DNA from: Mytilus trossulus
Lineage: Eukaryota
Assembly: GCF_036588685.1 (NCBI RefSeq)
Contig: NC_086379.1
Span: forward strand, 71,486,001 to 71,550,000
Reading direction: 5' to 3'
Length of the DNA: 64,000 nucleotides
Shown piece by piece: positions 1-14,089 of the stretch (within the stretch, counting starts at the first letter, position 1; each line of letters opens with the position of its first letter). The notes below the pieces were generated by a model. The model worked only from the letters and a program-made list of their open reading frames with translations, did not search any database and was not told where the DNA came from. A program made the translations under genes and the position numbers.

Positions 1-595
1 ACTCATATGATTTTTTTTTAATAATTCCTTGAAGATCGTTAGACATTATCAAAGAAAAAACCAGTCTTAATCTGTGATTTAATTACAAGTTCACCCTGCT
101 TATGAGTATCTGTTTAAGGAATTGTTTTTGCAATAAATATTTTTTTCTCTCGTAAAAACAAATTGAAATATCGAATCCATAGTTGAAATTAATACAATAA
201 ATCCAATGTGGTTACTAGTTATTTGTGTATCTGCTGTACATGTGTTTGCATAGACCACTGAAGATTGATAAGATATAATGACACAGTTTTCATAAGATTT
301 CTTATTTTTCATTTTGTAAATTCTTTTTTACTTTTTAATAAATTTTTTTTTCGAAACAGAATAGATATATTGGTCTGACTGTGTTATCGAACATTTCTGA
401 ACTATTTCTGTCACACCTATCATCGTTCGTTAGTCCCGTGGTGGTGTTCTCTCTTTAAATGACGGAGGTTGTGTCCAGGCTCAAACAAAAAAGGTCGAAA
501 GATACCAAAAGGACATTTAAACTCATAGATCAAAAATAAACTCACCAAGCCATGGCTAAATAAGAAAAAACTAAAATTTTAAAATTGATTGATAC

Positions 596-790
596 TTACT
601 CTTGCTATCTCACCTTAGCGCATGACATTAAGGAGCGAAAGGAGCGAGAGCAAAATCATGTTAAAACGGTCCAAATAATGTGTCCGGGTATGGCTACATA
701 TCTTCTCCGGACTGTTTACCATGTTAATTAACTTGTTAAAAATCCAGTTCAGTGCTTAAGTCTAACACAAAGCTGGATTTCTATTCATAC
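596..790 (+). repeat. Degenerate SINE central domain (Meta-SINE-like)
   Basis: CATTAAGGAG...GAGCAAAA...ATAATGTGTCCG...GGACTG resembles a common mollusc SINE core as I recall it. Confidence 0.4.
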
Positions 791-1505
791 AAATTATCAT
801 GTTCCTGTCAATATTATGCATCAGTTTGAATTCAAATAATAGTTATGAATAAGTGTTTTGAACTTAAAAATATTTACATGTTAAACAGAGATATCTCAAG
901 TTTTTTTTAATACAAAAGAAACATATTCAATTTATAAAGAAACAAATTATATTTTACATAAAAGTAACACTCACAGAACTGAAAAAGTGAAGTACATCAT
1001 TTTAGAATAGAAAACTGTGTACTTACAATTTTGTCCTAGCTCAGGTGAAAACTGTGTACTTATAACTGTATCCTAACTCAGTAGATAATATCTGTGTCCT
1101 GCTTTAGGATGATTGTATTATCTATTCAGACTAATAACAATGATACCATTCTTAACTCTCACTAATCGATACTATTTTCCTTTAAACCATAAGCAAACTC
1201 ATAAACATAACACGGAAATTAAATTGAAACTTTGTCCTTTTTGTCTAATTGCAGTTATTTTATATAAAACAAAAGTTAAACTATAACCATAAAGGTCTTA
1301 TTCAGATGTGTTTATTTGTGTATTGATATTTTTTCACATGTATGCTCTTTGTTACAAAACTTTCAATTATTTGAAAACCTAAGGATTTTCTTATCCCATG
1401 AATAGATTATCTTAGCCGTATTTGGCACAACTTTTGGAATTTCGGGTCCTCAATGCTCTTTCAACTTTGTACTTGTTTGGCTTTATAACTATTTGGATCG
1501 GCTAA

Positions 1506-1549
1506 ACGTCACTGATGAGTCATTAGTAGACGAAACGCGCGTCTGGCGT
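1506..1549 (+). ncRNA. Minimal type I hammerhead ribozyme in a retrozyme-like repeat (~1335-1583)
   Basis: ACGTCA-CTGATGA-GTC(attagta)GAC-GAAA-CGCGCG-TC-TGGCGT. Core intact, stems I and II pair, stem III is palindromic. Confidence 0.85.
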
Positions 1550-1780
1550 ATTAAATTATAATCCTAGTACCTTTGATAACTATAAAGGTTTGAGTTGTAG
1601 CGACGTAAGTCATACTATCTTCATATAGATTTTTATTGTCGACGAATTGTGAGATAGTCAAAACGTTTCAGTTACTCAGTCAAAGTTTTTACTTTATAAA
1701 AGTATTTATCATACTCCATCTTACATTATTGCTTACTTTTATTCTTGACCGAAGTCATTGAATATGATGTTGCGATTGCA

Positions 1781-1854
1781 TGATGAGTGAGGCATTTAGA
1801 TTTGTTAACCTGGTAAATGATGAGTGAGGCATTTAGATTTGTTAACCTGGTAAA
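1781..1854. repeat. Exact 37-bp tandem duplication
   Basis: TGATGAGTGAGGCATTTAGATTTGTTAACCTGGTAAA occurs twice. Confidence 0.9.
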
Positions 1855-1995
1855 CACATTCTGACCTACTCTATTCATCAAATTATGACTGATATCAACG
1901 CTTTGTTTGTTTGTTGTTACAGAGAGCTTATATTATTTACTGTCACTATATTTTTGTGAACATTCTATGAATATGTGAATAAATAAAGGCAGAAA

Positions 1996-2146
1996 NNNNN
2001 NNNNNNNNNNNNNNNNNNNNNNNNNNNNNNNNNNNNNNNNNNNNNNNNNNNNNNNNNNNNNNNNNNNNNNNNNNNNNNNNNNNNNNNNNNNNNNNNNNNN
2101 NNNNNNNNNNNNNNNNNNNNNNNNNNNNNNNNNNNNNNNNNNNNNN
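1996..2146. other. Assembly gap (N run) next to an (AATAAACG/AATG)n microsatellite
   Basis: Run of N. Confidence 0.99.
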
Positions 2147-5100
2147 AACGAATAAACGAATAAACGAATAAATGGATAAATGAATAAATGCATAAATGAA
2201 TAATCTTTATTCATAAACATTAATTTAAGAAACACGCACTGTTTCTAAAATTCAACACAATGTTGGGTTGCATATACCTTTTAAATTAATGTCATGTACA
2301 TTTTTATACCAACATTTTTAAGAATTTGTTTATTTCATTTGTTGAAACAATGCATGTGAAAATATAATGATGATCCTAACCGATATCAGCTGAGTCTTAA
2401 AAATAAGACAATTAAACAACTGTGGTAATTCTTGCAACTCTCTAAATTTGACAAATGATTATTTTTGCATCAAATCTACATATGGTTATAAATTAATTAA
2501 ATGATAGCAATGATAAATAGTTCAAATCTAAAAAAAAATACTATATTTTTCTTCAAGTCGCCTTGATATCTTATTGCAGTTTTTTTTAGGGTTCGTGTTG
2601 CTTAGTCCTTAGTTTTCTATTTTGTGTCATGTGCACTATTATTCAAATGTTTGTCTGTCCCTCTGATATTTTTCGCCTCTTTTTTCCTTTCCTTTTTCTA
2701 CCGATTATTATGAGTAAAATAAATTTCTAGTATTGGAAAGCACATTTGTAACGCACGATTCCAAAGAATACAGAAATGACAGAAGTTATATCCAAAACTT
2801 ATTTCAATCACTTTTTTCGATGCCAAAGTTTAAAGTTTTTTTCAAATACACTACATAAAGAAAAAAACTAAGTAATTTGCAAGTTTTGTTTTATAAAATT
2901 CGAACTAATACTTGATTGGTTTCGTAGACGTTTTGTCGTAGCAAAATAATATTCCACTGTAATTATTAGTTCTAAGAATAAGAACTCATAAAATTAATGG
3001 ATGACACAAACGTTACAAATTAAAGCAAATTTTTCAAATCAGAATTTCACTAATCAAGAACTTTACTTTTTATTTGTTTTGTTTGATTGAAAAGAGTACG
3101 TTTCATTTATCCAGTAATTTTAAGACATTTTTTAGTTTACCTTATTTCATACTTTTTCTTAAATCTACGCCTATTTCAAGAATATTTAATTACTTATATT
3201 ACAAATTTTAAAATGAAAGATATAAATGCATTGTTTTCCATGTTTCCATTTAAATTTGACATTTAAAAGTCGTCTCTGAAATCTTTCAATAGGCTGTTAT
3301 TTATAAAAATCACATTTTCCCTTTACTTTTATAATTTCTCGTTGAAAAAAAAATGATTTAGTATTGTCCGTTCGAATTTTAATACTTTTTTAGTTCGACA
3401 GACCACAATGCCGAAACTAATTTTACAACACACTTGTCTAGACAATCTGTAAATTTCTTTGTGATTTTTTCATGCGCGATACATGAACATTTGCATGGAA
3501 TACTGTGGTTTAAAGAAATAGAAGTTAACAAAACAATTTTGGTTGAAAATAACTAAAAAATAAACACTATTTTTATGCGGTTGTTGCTGTGTAAACTTGT
3601 TACCTGACTCACAATTTTCCACACATGCAATACCTTCAGGTTATCAGTTTATTTGCCCAGTTTGTTTACATAACATACTTTGACAAACATGTATATGATT
3701 AAACAAGAGGTATTTAATATAGAACATGTCCACTTCAAAATCTGTATGCTTGAAGAAAAACATTGTATATGTTTAGCTTCCTTTTCTTGATTTCAAGTCA
3801 CATGAAAATTTCATAATAACTTTTGAAATGCCTGTTTATAATAAGCCGTTTTTTAAAACCAAAAACTAAAATGTTGCAAGTCTTTTTTTCTAATTAAGTT
3901 TCACGTCAATACTCTAACAAATTAAAAGCAAACATTTCAATTATTGTAAAATTTTTCATAACTTGACACGGAACTACATAAAAAATAATATTAACATCAT
4001 TTATTGCAGCTACTGCGTAGACCATTTTCGATAATGTTTTTTTTTCTTCTAAAACTTTGACTATCACAAATTTACCACTGTACTAGTTTGGTGGCGCCTA
4101 GTGTATAAAAGAATTACCAATTTTAATTCAAAACAAAAAGGTAGCTTATTCATTAATCCAATCGATAGTGTAAAATAACAAGTAAATCAGTTCGAGTATA
4201 ACAGTGTCAGAGTAGAACATGTTAAAAATAACTTGAATGAAAAACATATGAATTATCAAGGGCAAGAAACCGGAAAATTTGAAGAAAGAAAATCATATTG
4301 AAAGCTACTTAGCATTCTTAATACTAACATTGGGTTAACAAAAACTTATCAAAGGTACCAGACATATTATTAAGTTCGCCAGACGCGTTCTTTGTCTTCA
4401 CTATACTCGTTAGTAACGCTCGATTAAAACTGTTGGAAGGCAACATCAAATATGCGATTGTAGATCATGAAAGCATGTAAATAGTAAATTCACAAAAAAA
4501 TACTAAACCCGAAGGAAAATTCAAAACGAAAAGTCCAAATTCAATTGGCAAAATTAAATAATCAAGCACATCAAACGATTGGCTAATAACGGTCAGATTC
4601 CTGACTTGGTACAGACATTTTCTTATGTAGAAAATGGTGGATTGAACCTGGTTTCATAGCGCTGCACCTCTAGCTTGTATAACAGTCACATTAAATTTCA
4701 TTATATTGACAACGTTGTGTAAACAAAAAAAGTCAAAATAGGTACAAATTTCAAGTAATCAGATATTATATATAGATATATGAAGATGCGGTTTAGTGCC
4801 AACACTCTGCCCAAGTCATAATTTGTAAAGGTAAACAATAACAGGTCAAAGCATACTTTAAAAGATTAAAAATGCTCTAAATCTGACGTTTAAAGGATGA
4901 ACAAAGTAACCTAAACATTGATGCAATGGAATAAACTAATTGGCCTATTTCTACTCATATTTCATCATTTCAAAAATTGAAACAAAATTTCATACATTTC
5001 ATCAGTTATCGGAATGTTTTTTTTTCCTTCAATAGTTATCTTTGTCGTGGTGTCTGGTGGTATTAATATCTCTACTTAAACTTCATCATTCTTTAACTCC

Positions 5101-5340
5101 CACTCGTCAATTTAAAAACATATTTGTTTTTGTGTCCTTCGATAAAGAAAAACTCTAAAATGTAACGACAATAAAAGATCATTATATGCTTTTGGTATAT
5201 TTGTTATTAATATCTACCGTATAAAGCAATGAATGGATTGCTTAGTGACTACCTTAAGCGCATCTACCCACATTTAGATAGTTATTTTGAAATAAGTCAC
5301 GGATGCTTGATTCTTCCATCAAATATTTCCCTAAGCTTAA

Positions 5341-8300
5341 TAGTGCGGTGACAAAAGTGTAAAAAGTCGTCTAGATCGCGAGTTTAATCTCCCCAAATAA
5401 CACACGGCTAAAAATGGTCTTAAATTAAAGATAAATATGTCTTCTTAAAAGTTTTTGCCCTGTCGTCCGAATTTCGTACGGTCACATTTTTCTAAAAAGT
5501 CGTTTTAATGACTATTAGTATATTGGAGAGTTTCAACCCCCCTTTTTCAAAATGAAAAATTGTGTATGTTTGCTTATATTTAACTGAAATAGTTTTTCCT
5601 GAAGCTATGTTTATATGTCCAAATATTCTATTCAATATTTCATTTTCTTAAATTGTATAAAATTTGCAAAGTTTAGACTGTTTAAAATTGAGGTAATTTT
5701 AATTGCAAATTCAGACACAAACTTTAGTTTTTTTCTACATAGCAGTAATAAAAATGATCCCATAATATTCTAAGCATATAGTATTTCATAAAATTAATCA
5801 GTGATAAAAATTTCGGAACCAAAATATGAAAAAAACCTTAAGAAATGAATGGAAAAAGAATGGAATAAAAAACTTCAATTCCAACACGGAACTTAATCAC
5901 TTGCTTTCCGTCCCATTTTGTGTATTAGTCAATAATTTGCTCTCAACTGATATATGATATTACTTCCTTTTCGCTGTTATATACACATATTTTCAATTAA
6001 ATTGCACTGATATATGATACATACTTTATTCGTATGTGTTTATATTCTATGTTTTTTGTTATAAAACATCAAATATACTTTGTCAGAAAAGTCTTATTGT
6101 AAAATCAAAATAATTGACGGATAGGTTCAGTACATATTCCGTAATATGTCAAGTCCGTTGCAACTGGCTCCATTAAGTCCAAAGAAAAGACATAAGTTGT
6201 TTAATTTTTTTCAGTGCTTTTTTTTAAAATATGCCACGAAAAGAAAAAAAACTCGACGGAAATTTTGAGTCAATTCACCAGTATAGGGAAGTCGATTTTT
6301 GTATCTGCATTGAATAAAAGATTAGATGAGGTGAACATTAAGATATTTCATGCGATAGAAGTTAACTTGCAGAAGTCCGTGCAGGCAGTTTATCATCTTT
6401 CGTGCTACAAAAGTTATACAAGTAAACATATTTGTTCCCCCTTTTAGAACGAGGAAGCTTCCAATTTGATATTTAATGACGACATACAATTATCGGACTG
6501 TTGTCCCTCAGTTTCGGGTATGTGTACGCGTTCTAAAATGCAGTCGTTCAACTGAAGCGCTTGTATATTTTGTTGCAACAAAACATTTTTAGAAAGATCA
6601 AAAAATCCTCAAGTTTGATTCAGATGAGCGTAATATTAAAAATGTTTTAACCGTGTCAGATAAAGTTTAAGTTGAAATAGTTTCCCGTCCATCTTTTAAA
6701 CTTCAAGCACTCTGTCATTTTGTTTGCGATACAAATTATTTGCCAAAAACGAAAAAAAAAATCGTGGAAGCAGGTATCTTAGATCACGATACTGCTTTTA
6801 CTAATTTTATTTTGGCTATTGCCAACGATTTAATGGTCATTCCTCATGACACCGTTACTAGATAAATATAGATCTTTTCTTCCAGCTGATTCTAATTTAA
6901 AATATTCTACTCGTAAAATGCAGTCTAAATTCATTAATTTCTATAGAAATTAAGTTGTCAAACAACTTTAACAAGTTCAAGGCAAATATAACAGTATTTT
7001 GTAGCAAAATAACGTGTTTGATTTGTAGCAAAATAACTATTTGAGAAGCCATATCAGCTCCTAGTCAATTGAAAACTGGCCTCAAAATCTTAATGTTAAA
7101 TGTAATAGACACAAATAACGGACAGATATTTCATTCCGCTGCAAGTATACAATAGAAAAGACTTCTCTACAAACTCTACAGAAGTTTACCCAACTTCGGA
7201 AGAGTTGTCTCTTTCTTCTCCAATTCAGCCAATGCCTTCTTCTTTATTGTAATTCATTTTATGGTAACTCGATGAAACTGCATACAGCCAAGACTATTCT
7301 CAGGAAATGGCACCAGAGAAATTGCGTAAATGCTAAGCAATTGTTGAGTCAACCGTTTGTGTGGCCATTTTTTTTTTAACTCCTTTTCATTTAGAATTGG
7401 CTTTACAAATGTACCATGAGTTTGGTTCGAAACAAATTGTTGAAACATCGAATGCCAATGGATTTTATGTTTCTCAAAGTAAAGTGCAACGCTATCTAAT
7501 GTGTTGCAAACCATGACATTGAGCAAATTTAAGATAGTGTGTACGTCTCATGCATAATGTTTCCCCATCATCTTTGCAGACAAGCATATGGATGTCATCT
7601 TAACCCCATTTTAGATCTATGTTGAATCTTGGGTGAATTGAAAGGAATGGTTTGAAGCTGGTATTTGTTTTAGGAACAAATGTCTTCGGATTTCCTACGA
7701 TACCTTGTCTGTACTTGAAAAGACAAACTCATAATAACGTGTTTGATTTGAGCAGAACCTGTCATGTTCAGACCTGTTGCCATGAGTGAAATGTGTAGAA
7801 ATATTAAAACATGTCTTGTAACGGTTGATGAAAATGAAGATGATGGAGATAACGGTTGATTAGGTGCAAAGCTTGTTGCACTGATACACTCGGTCCCAGT
7901 CCCCGGGTAAGGGTAGTGATGGCGAGCCCTTAAAAAAGTTAAACCCCGCCACATTCTGTTTGTGTCTGTTTCAAGTCACGAGACGGTAATGCAGTGTTTG
8001 TCGTTTGTTTCTATATTTTATATTTGTTTGTTTCTTCATGATTTATTTTGTACCTTAATCAGGTTGATAGATTTTTTGTTTATTTTACATTATTCATTTC
8101 GGAAATTGAAGACTATGCAGTAAACATTTTACTCATTGTTGAACGGGACGTATTGGTAACTTATGCATCATTTGGAATCATATCACATCTTCTTTTTTAT
8201 ATGGAATACTTTTGAAGTTTGTGGTGTGTTGCAAGAAAAAAAGGGGGGATATAGGTACAAAACTTATAATATAATAGATATTAACCAGAGTAAAATACAC

Positions 8301-8922
8301 AACAACAGATAATACTATATGGAAGCAGTAATAATTGTGGAAAAAACAAAAGCAACGAGTAGTCTATAATAAAACCTGAAGTATCCGCAATTCAATTTGA
8401 GGTCATATTTGACCGTAGTGTTCTATTGCTTTGATTTGATACCTCACCCAATATGATAGTTTAAGAAATAATTTAAAAGTATTGTCTTGCATGACACTCG
8501 ATTTATACTTGAAATTGTAATTTTTCATAAGGTTAAGGTGCTCTAAACATTTTATAGGTCGAAAAGTTAATTTTTGAAGTTTTGTTTATAAAACGTCGTT
8601 TTAAGATATTTTTTATAAAATAAATCTTAATGATTAAGGTTTATGTATAATAACAAACATTAATAAAGCCAAAACAGTATCATTTGTATTTATGTAGAGT
8701 TACGAAATAGAAAAAAATGTCAAAATTGAAACCCTCCCAAATTTTTACAGATTTTTACATATGACCTTTGACCTCAATTTAGAAAAATTGTGACCATATT
8801 AAGTCTTGACGACAGGCATATTATTATAGTACACGATTTCCCCTTTCCAATGATATATTATATAGGTGTGTGTTCGGTGGGGAGATTAAATTCAAAAAAA
8901 ACTACCTTCAGTCACCGCACTA
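5341..8922 (+). mobile_element. Decayed, internally deleted Academ-like DNA transposon
   Basis: TIR TAGTGCGGTGAC/GTCACCGCACTA, subterminal TTTAATCTCCCC inverted pair, 3-bp TSD TAA (5338-5340, 8923-8925). Coding relics YHLSCYKSYT, FN*SACIFC, TPFHLELALQMYHEFGSKQIVE..NGF. Family assignment from recalled motifs. Confidence 0.72.
6214..7510 (+). pseudogene. Transposase-associated protein relic inside the Academ-like element
   Basis: Cys/His motifs and HEFGSK motif, broken by several stops and frameshifts. Confidence 0.6.
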
Positions 8923-9638
8923 TAACAGGCTTTAACATTTTATCAGATTGCTAATAATAAAAATAGAATTTAAGATGCAATGAATATAACCAACAACATC
9001 TGACCACATCAGCAGAATAAATACCTTTGTTTTGTATTACACTGACTAATTGCTGTAAAATAAAATAACACAAAATTTCTGAACTTCGAGAAAATTCAAC
9101 AGGAAATTCCCTAATCAAATGGTAAAATCAAAAGATATTTCAATTCAACCGAATGGATAACAACTGTCATATTTCTGACTTAGTAGAGGCATTGTTTTCT
9201 TATGAAGAAAAATGTGGATTTAACCTGGTTTTATAGCTAGATAAACCTCTCGTCGTCTGTATGACAGTAGCATAAAATTATATAATAATGACATCAATGT
9301 GTCAAAAAACTGTCTCAATACGGCTTTTAATACTGAATTCAAGATAAGAAATTACACTGCGATAACTTCTAGTTTTCTTCGACGTCTCGATGGGCTGACA
9401 GAATTTTATTTAATCACTTATAAACCTTAAATAAACTAGGCAAAAAATGTTACATGTTTGTGAATAAAAGCAACAGAAGTATACCGCTGTACGAAATGTA
9501 AGATCATTTATATTTTTATAACAACAAATTGATAATAAGTTTATGGCGTAGTTATCTAGTATCATTTTGAAGAGAACAATAACATGTTTTCTCTTATTGC
9601 AAACGAACCTGCACGTGGACACATTTCAAGCTATCATG

Positions 9639-10559
9639 TTAATACCATGTATAACCACCTCTTGCGTTTTTGACCGTCTGACACCTCCAACGCATTGAAT
9701 CCATTCGACGTTGGATAAAGTATTGTGGTCTGTTGTTTCATTCCATGAAAGTGATGTTCGGAGCATGGCGAGCGTTTCCTGTGGAGTTTGGCTATTTCTA
9801 TTATGTAGTCGAAGTTCGTCCAACATATTCTCGATTGACGACAAATCTGGAGACTTTGATGGCCAATGCAGCACAATATGGTGCAGCGTGACCACGGGAG
9901 TTTTCCTGCTGAAAAACGTGGTTAACATGATGTCTTCGAAGAAACCAGATAACAACTGGGGCAAGAATTTCGTCCCTTTATCTTGTTGCATTCAGTTTAC
10001 CATTACAATAATATTGAAATCGGTGCGTTCCTGGTAGAATATCCAGTTCCATGCCATATTTCTGCAACAACCAAACCGGTTTGCATGTACGCACGTTTTC
10101 GAAAACGTTTCTTGCGCCTCAGATAGACTCTGACTCTGTCGTTGCTAAAATGCAACTTGAATTTCGATTCATTTATAATAAAAACCTGTCCCTATGTTAG
10201 CCTATACCATCGAATCCGTACCCGAGTCCATAAAAGTCGCGCCGTCCTCTGACGCTGCATAAGGATTGGACCCTTCAGTGGTCTCGTAGACCAACTTGCT
10301 GCAATCTGTTACGAATTGTTTGTGCATATATTCTGTTGTTATTACTTCCGTGCTGTTTGTGACACATTTACAAACCGACTCCGGAGATGGCTGTCACTTC
10401 GGGACGATCCTTAGTAGTGTCAGAATATTTAAAATGAGCATGTAGCCTTGCAATATACATTCTAGAGACGTTTAAATGATTTGCAACCTGCATATGCGTC
10501 ATTTCTCCTGCAAACATTCAACAGCTTGTTCTCTCTCAAATTTGTCGTGGACGGGGCAT
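9639..10559 (-). pseudogene. Tc1/mariner (Tc1-like) transposase pseudogene
   Basis: N-terminal HTH (MPR...QVANHLNVSR...TTKDRP), FQQEN, WPSKSPDLSSIEN, and C-terminal RCQTVKNARGGYTWY*. Frameshifted. Confidence 0.88.
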
Positions 10560-10889
10560 TAAAAAAGAGGGACGTAAGATATCAGAGGGAGAGTCAAACT
10601 CATAGATTGAAAATAAATTGACAACTTCATAACTAAATATAAACAAACAAGCAAATAATAGTACAGAAGACACAACTAAAGTCTAAGCAACACGAACTAA
10701 AGACTGTGGCACCCGTCGTGTTGCTTATGTTAATACACATCCGGTAAATATTCTAGTTCGGTAGGTCACATTCATGAAAAGGGAAGTGTATTTTAGTCAA
10801 TACATGAGGAACATAAGGAGCATATCCGATGTCATCTGTAAAACGGTTATTCCGTAACGGTCAAATAACTCGTGATGGTGTCCGTTAAA

Positions 10890-11090
10890 AGGAAAACTAA
10901 GAATTGTCTTATCCCAGGAATATATTACCTTAGGCGTATTTGGCACAACTTTTTGGAGTTTTTGGTCCCCAATGCTTTCCAACTTTTTTACTTGTTTGGC
11001 TTTATATATATTATATTTTGATATGAGCGTCACTGCGACGAAACGCGCGTCTGGCGTATCAAATTATAATCCCGGTACTTTGATAACTAT
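10890..11090 (+). repeat. Retrozyme fragment with internally deleted hammerhead
   Basis: Homologous to 1380-1583. Reads GAGCGTCACTG-CGACGAAACGCGCGTCTGGCGT, with part of the core and stem II lost. Confidence 0.75.
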
Positions 11091-11639
11091 ATTCAACTTC
11101 ACCGTTTGGAACTATTGGTTTAATAGCTTTCTTGTGATCAGCCATCCTCTATCAAGGAAATCATAATGTAAAATACAAGCCCTGGAATATATTTTCGATT
11201 GGGGGGTATATACTCCGTATGCAAGCGTTGAATTACATGTATTGTTTTCAATTTTTTAATACGACCTTTAGTTAAAAATAGCGTTCGACACAATAAATGA
11301 CCAAAAAGACAAACCAATTCCATCTCTAAACAGGGTACCTTTTGAAAAAATGCGTATTTGTTTGAATTCAGGAAATGACGTTACGTAATTTCCTATGTCT
11401 TACGAATGAGTATATTTGATTGACAAATCATTCAGGTCAATTGTTTAAATCTAGAAATTATTTGAAATTATTATTTGTGATTTTGTCAAATTAAACACCG
11501 TTGTTACGTTTCTTTTTTGTCTAATATATAGTATGATACTATAAACAAACTTTGTCAAATATACTAATATAAGTATATCAAATATCAAATTTTTTCTTTC
11601 TATATATTTATCATTTAAAATCGGAAATGTATTTTATTA

Positions 11640-11880
11640 ATATGATTAAGAATTTAACTTACAAAATGATTCGACAACAAAACATACAAGAGATAATTCT
11701 TCATTTTGTAGAAACCAACATGATTGAGAATCTAATTTACGAAAAAACAGATTGGTCAACATCAATACAAGAGATAATTCACTCTTTCGTAGTAACCAAC
11801 ATAATTAAGAATTTAATTTACCAGAACAAAATGGTCAGCAAAAATACTAGAGATAATTCAATCATCTTATATTTTGTCGA
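11640..11880. repeat. Degenerate ~80-bp tandem repeat, three copies
   Basis: Recurrent ATGATT(A/G)AGAAT.TAA.TTAC...ATAC(A/T)AGAGATAATTC. Confidence 0.7.
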
Positions 11881-14089
11881 GTCTTGCTGCCAATATACAA
11901 TTACCCTAAAGAAAACTCATGCGGTTAACTACCTCAATAGTTGTTAAACTCCTAACTGATTAGTAATGATTACTTCCTTTGAGAAAATGTAATTATACTT
12001 GATTAAAAAGTTCACTGTAGTCTTAATGGTTCTCTCAAACTTTCATTCTTGCTTGTTTGTGCTTTTCCTGATGTCTAAAATAGGAAACGGTGTTTGGTAG
12101 GGTTTGTGTTGATCAGTCTTTGGTTTTCTATGTTGATATTATTTTAACTGCTCTTTATTACCATAACATTATATGTTTGTTTTCGACTCTGAGTGTTGTG
12201 CCAAAGCTATTTAACTTAATTTACGTTCGTGATGTTATTACGTTGTTTAATGCAAAAAGTTTGTGCAGTTCATTTTTATATTTCATAATTCCCGCAATAT
12301 TTTGGTAATGATTTTAGCGGGAGTTCGTAGCACATTTTAGGTTGTCATTTGCGACTCAGATGTTTTGCGGAATAATTTTCACAGGAACTGCATAACAAAC
12401 CGTTTTTTATATATGTTAAAGTTGTATTGAATTACCTTTCACACAAAGGCATTCATTTATAACTATAATATTTCATAATTGTAGCCTTTTGCTACACAGC
12501 GTTCATGTTTACATTGTAACCGTTAACCGGAAGTAGGGAATATCTATTTTTGTGTATTCACTTTTTAAACCAGGTCTCAAATGTGGATTGCCAACGCTCA
12601 GCTGCTTTTAGAAACGAACTTCAGATATATCTTCACAGATTAGTTATTTTATAGGTAATTGAATACGTAGAGAATATTTAAATACTATTTATTGTAAATT
12701 GCAATACATTTCACATTTATTTCTGTTATGATAAACGGAATATATTTTACACCAGTTTTTCATTCATTGCTTTGAAATTGGTAAACTTAATAAACGGTCG
12801 GCGCTTCACTGAGTTTAAATGTCGTTATAATATCTTTCTCCTTATACACATTACAAAATCAACTTATACTAAAGCAAACTGATACGAAATAAATAATTAT
12901 TTAATTCACAACCTTTGATGTTGGTCGTAATATATTAGTCTACCATACTTATTGTTAAATCAATTTTATTTTTGAGACGCAAATGAACAAATATGAAATA
13001 ACAATCAAGAAATGTTTTCAATTTTTATTTTGTTGATACACTCAGTTTTACGATGTCAATCTATAAGATATCCTTCACTTACTGTGTAGGCTTAGGGCGA
13101 ATGGCGTTCTCGGTGTCATTTAGGTACTGTTACATTTATAACTTATCATTTAAAGGAAATGATCAAATCTAGCAGATGATACAACTGTCAAGTGTTGATA
13201 CTTTATTTGTTCTGATATATATAAGGTTGTCAGAAACAATATACTGTTTAGCTAATCAATAGAATTTGTTTTCCCTTGAACAAGTCCATTTGTTGTAACT
13301 ATATCATTTAGTGATTGGTATTTTCTATAAACCTATTTTCGTGTTCTTATGTTCTAAATTATCTGACATTTTGTGATAAATTGCCTATATTTTCCGAGGT
13401 TTTCTCCCCACATTCTGGCTTCGGGTACTGTTAATTGTTTATAGTTGGTGGTGTTTATGAGTGATACATTTTCTTATTATGTTGGCTGAAAGTCAATTGG
13501 TACGATAACATTTACCTTATTTACACGAAAATTATGTTAATTTAGAGTATTTAGGTGCATTTTGACCTTTAAAAAATATATATCTTGCTTATATTTTAAC
13601 CTAACAATGACATAGTATGAATTACATATATAACTCTCTAAGTTTTAAATTATCATAGATTGCTAAATTTAGGTGAAGCGCTGTGTGACTTCATAAGACT
13701 TGGAATAATGATAAATTGTTGTACTAAATAGTTTTTCATAGGCTACTTTGTAAAGTCTATTTGTGTATTTGTTCAACCAATCCTAATGACAAAAATGCAC
13801 TCAACAAGACATATGCAAATTTAAGAAAGATATTTTTTAACCTTACAGAACTCATCAAAATAGAGGCAGACAATACCAAGGAGACAGTCACTATATAAAT
13901 TCGAAGTATAAGAATATATGAATGATAATCAGACTACATTATAGCAAATAAAAAGACAAACTGTCTGCAAAATATTTCATAGAAATTAAAACTTAGCAAT
14001 GTAAACGTGTTGGTCTCAAGGGTTCCAAAATAATATGCATATTCCGCTCTATGTACTAGTGGCATCCATCGTGTTGCAGGTACACAAAA

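Noticed and set aside
1933-2235. 100-aa ORF
   Set aside because: Spans the N gap and microsatellite.
9353-9375. TA-CACTGC as the Tc1 terminal inverted repeat
   Set aside because: No matching partner found upstream of the transposase start, where another repeat begins at ~10560.
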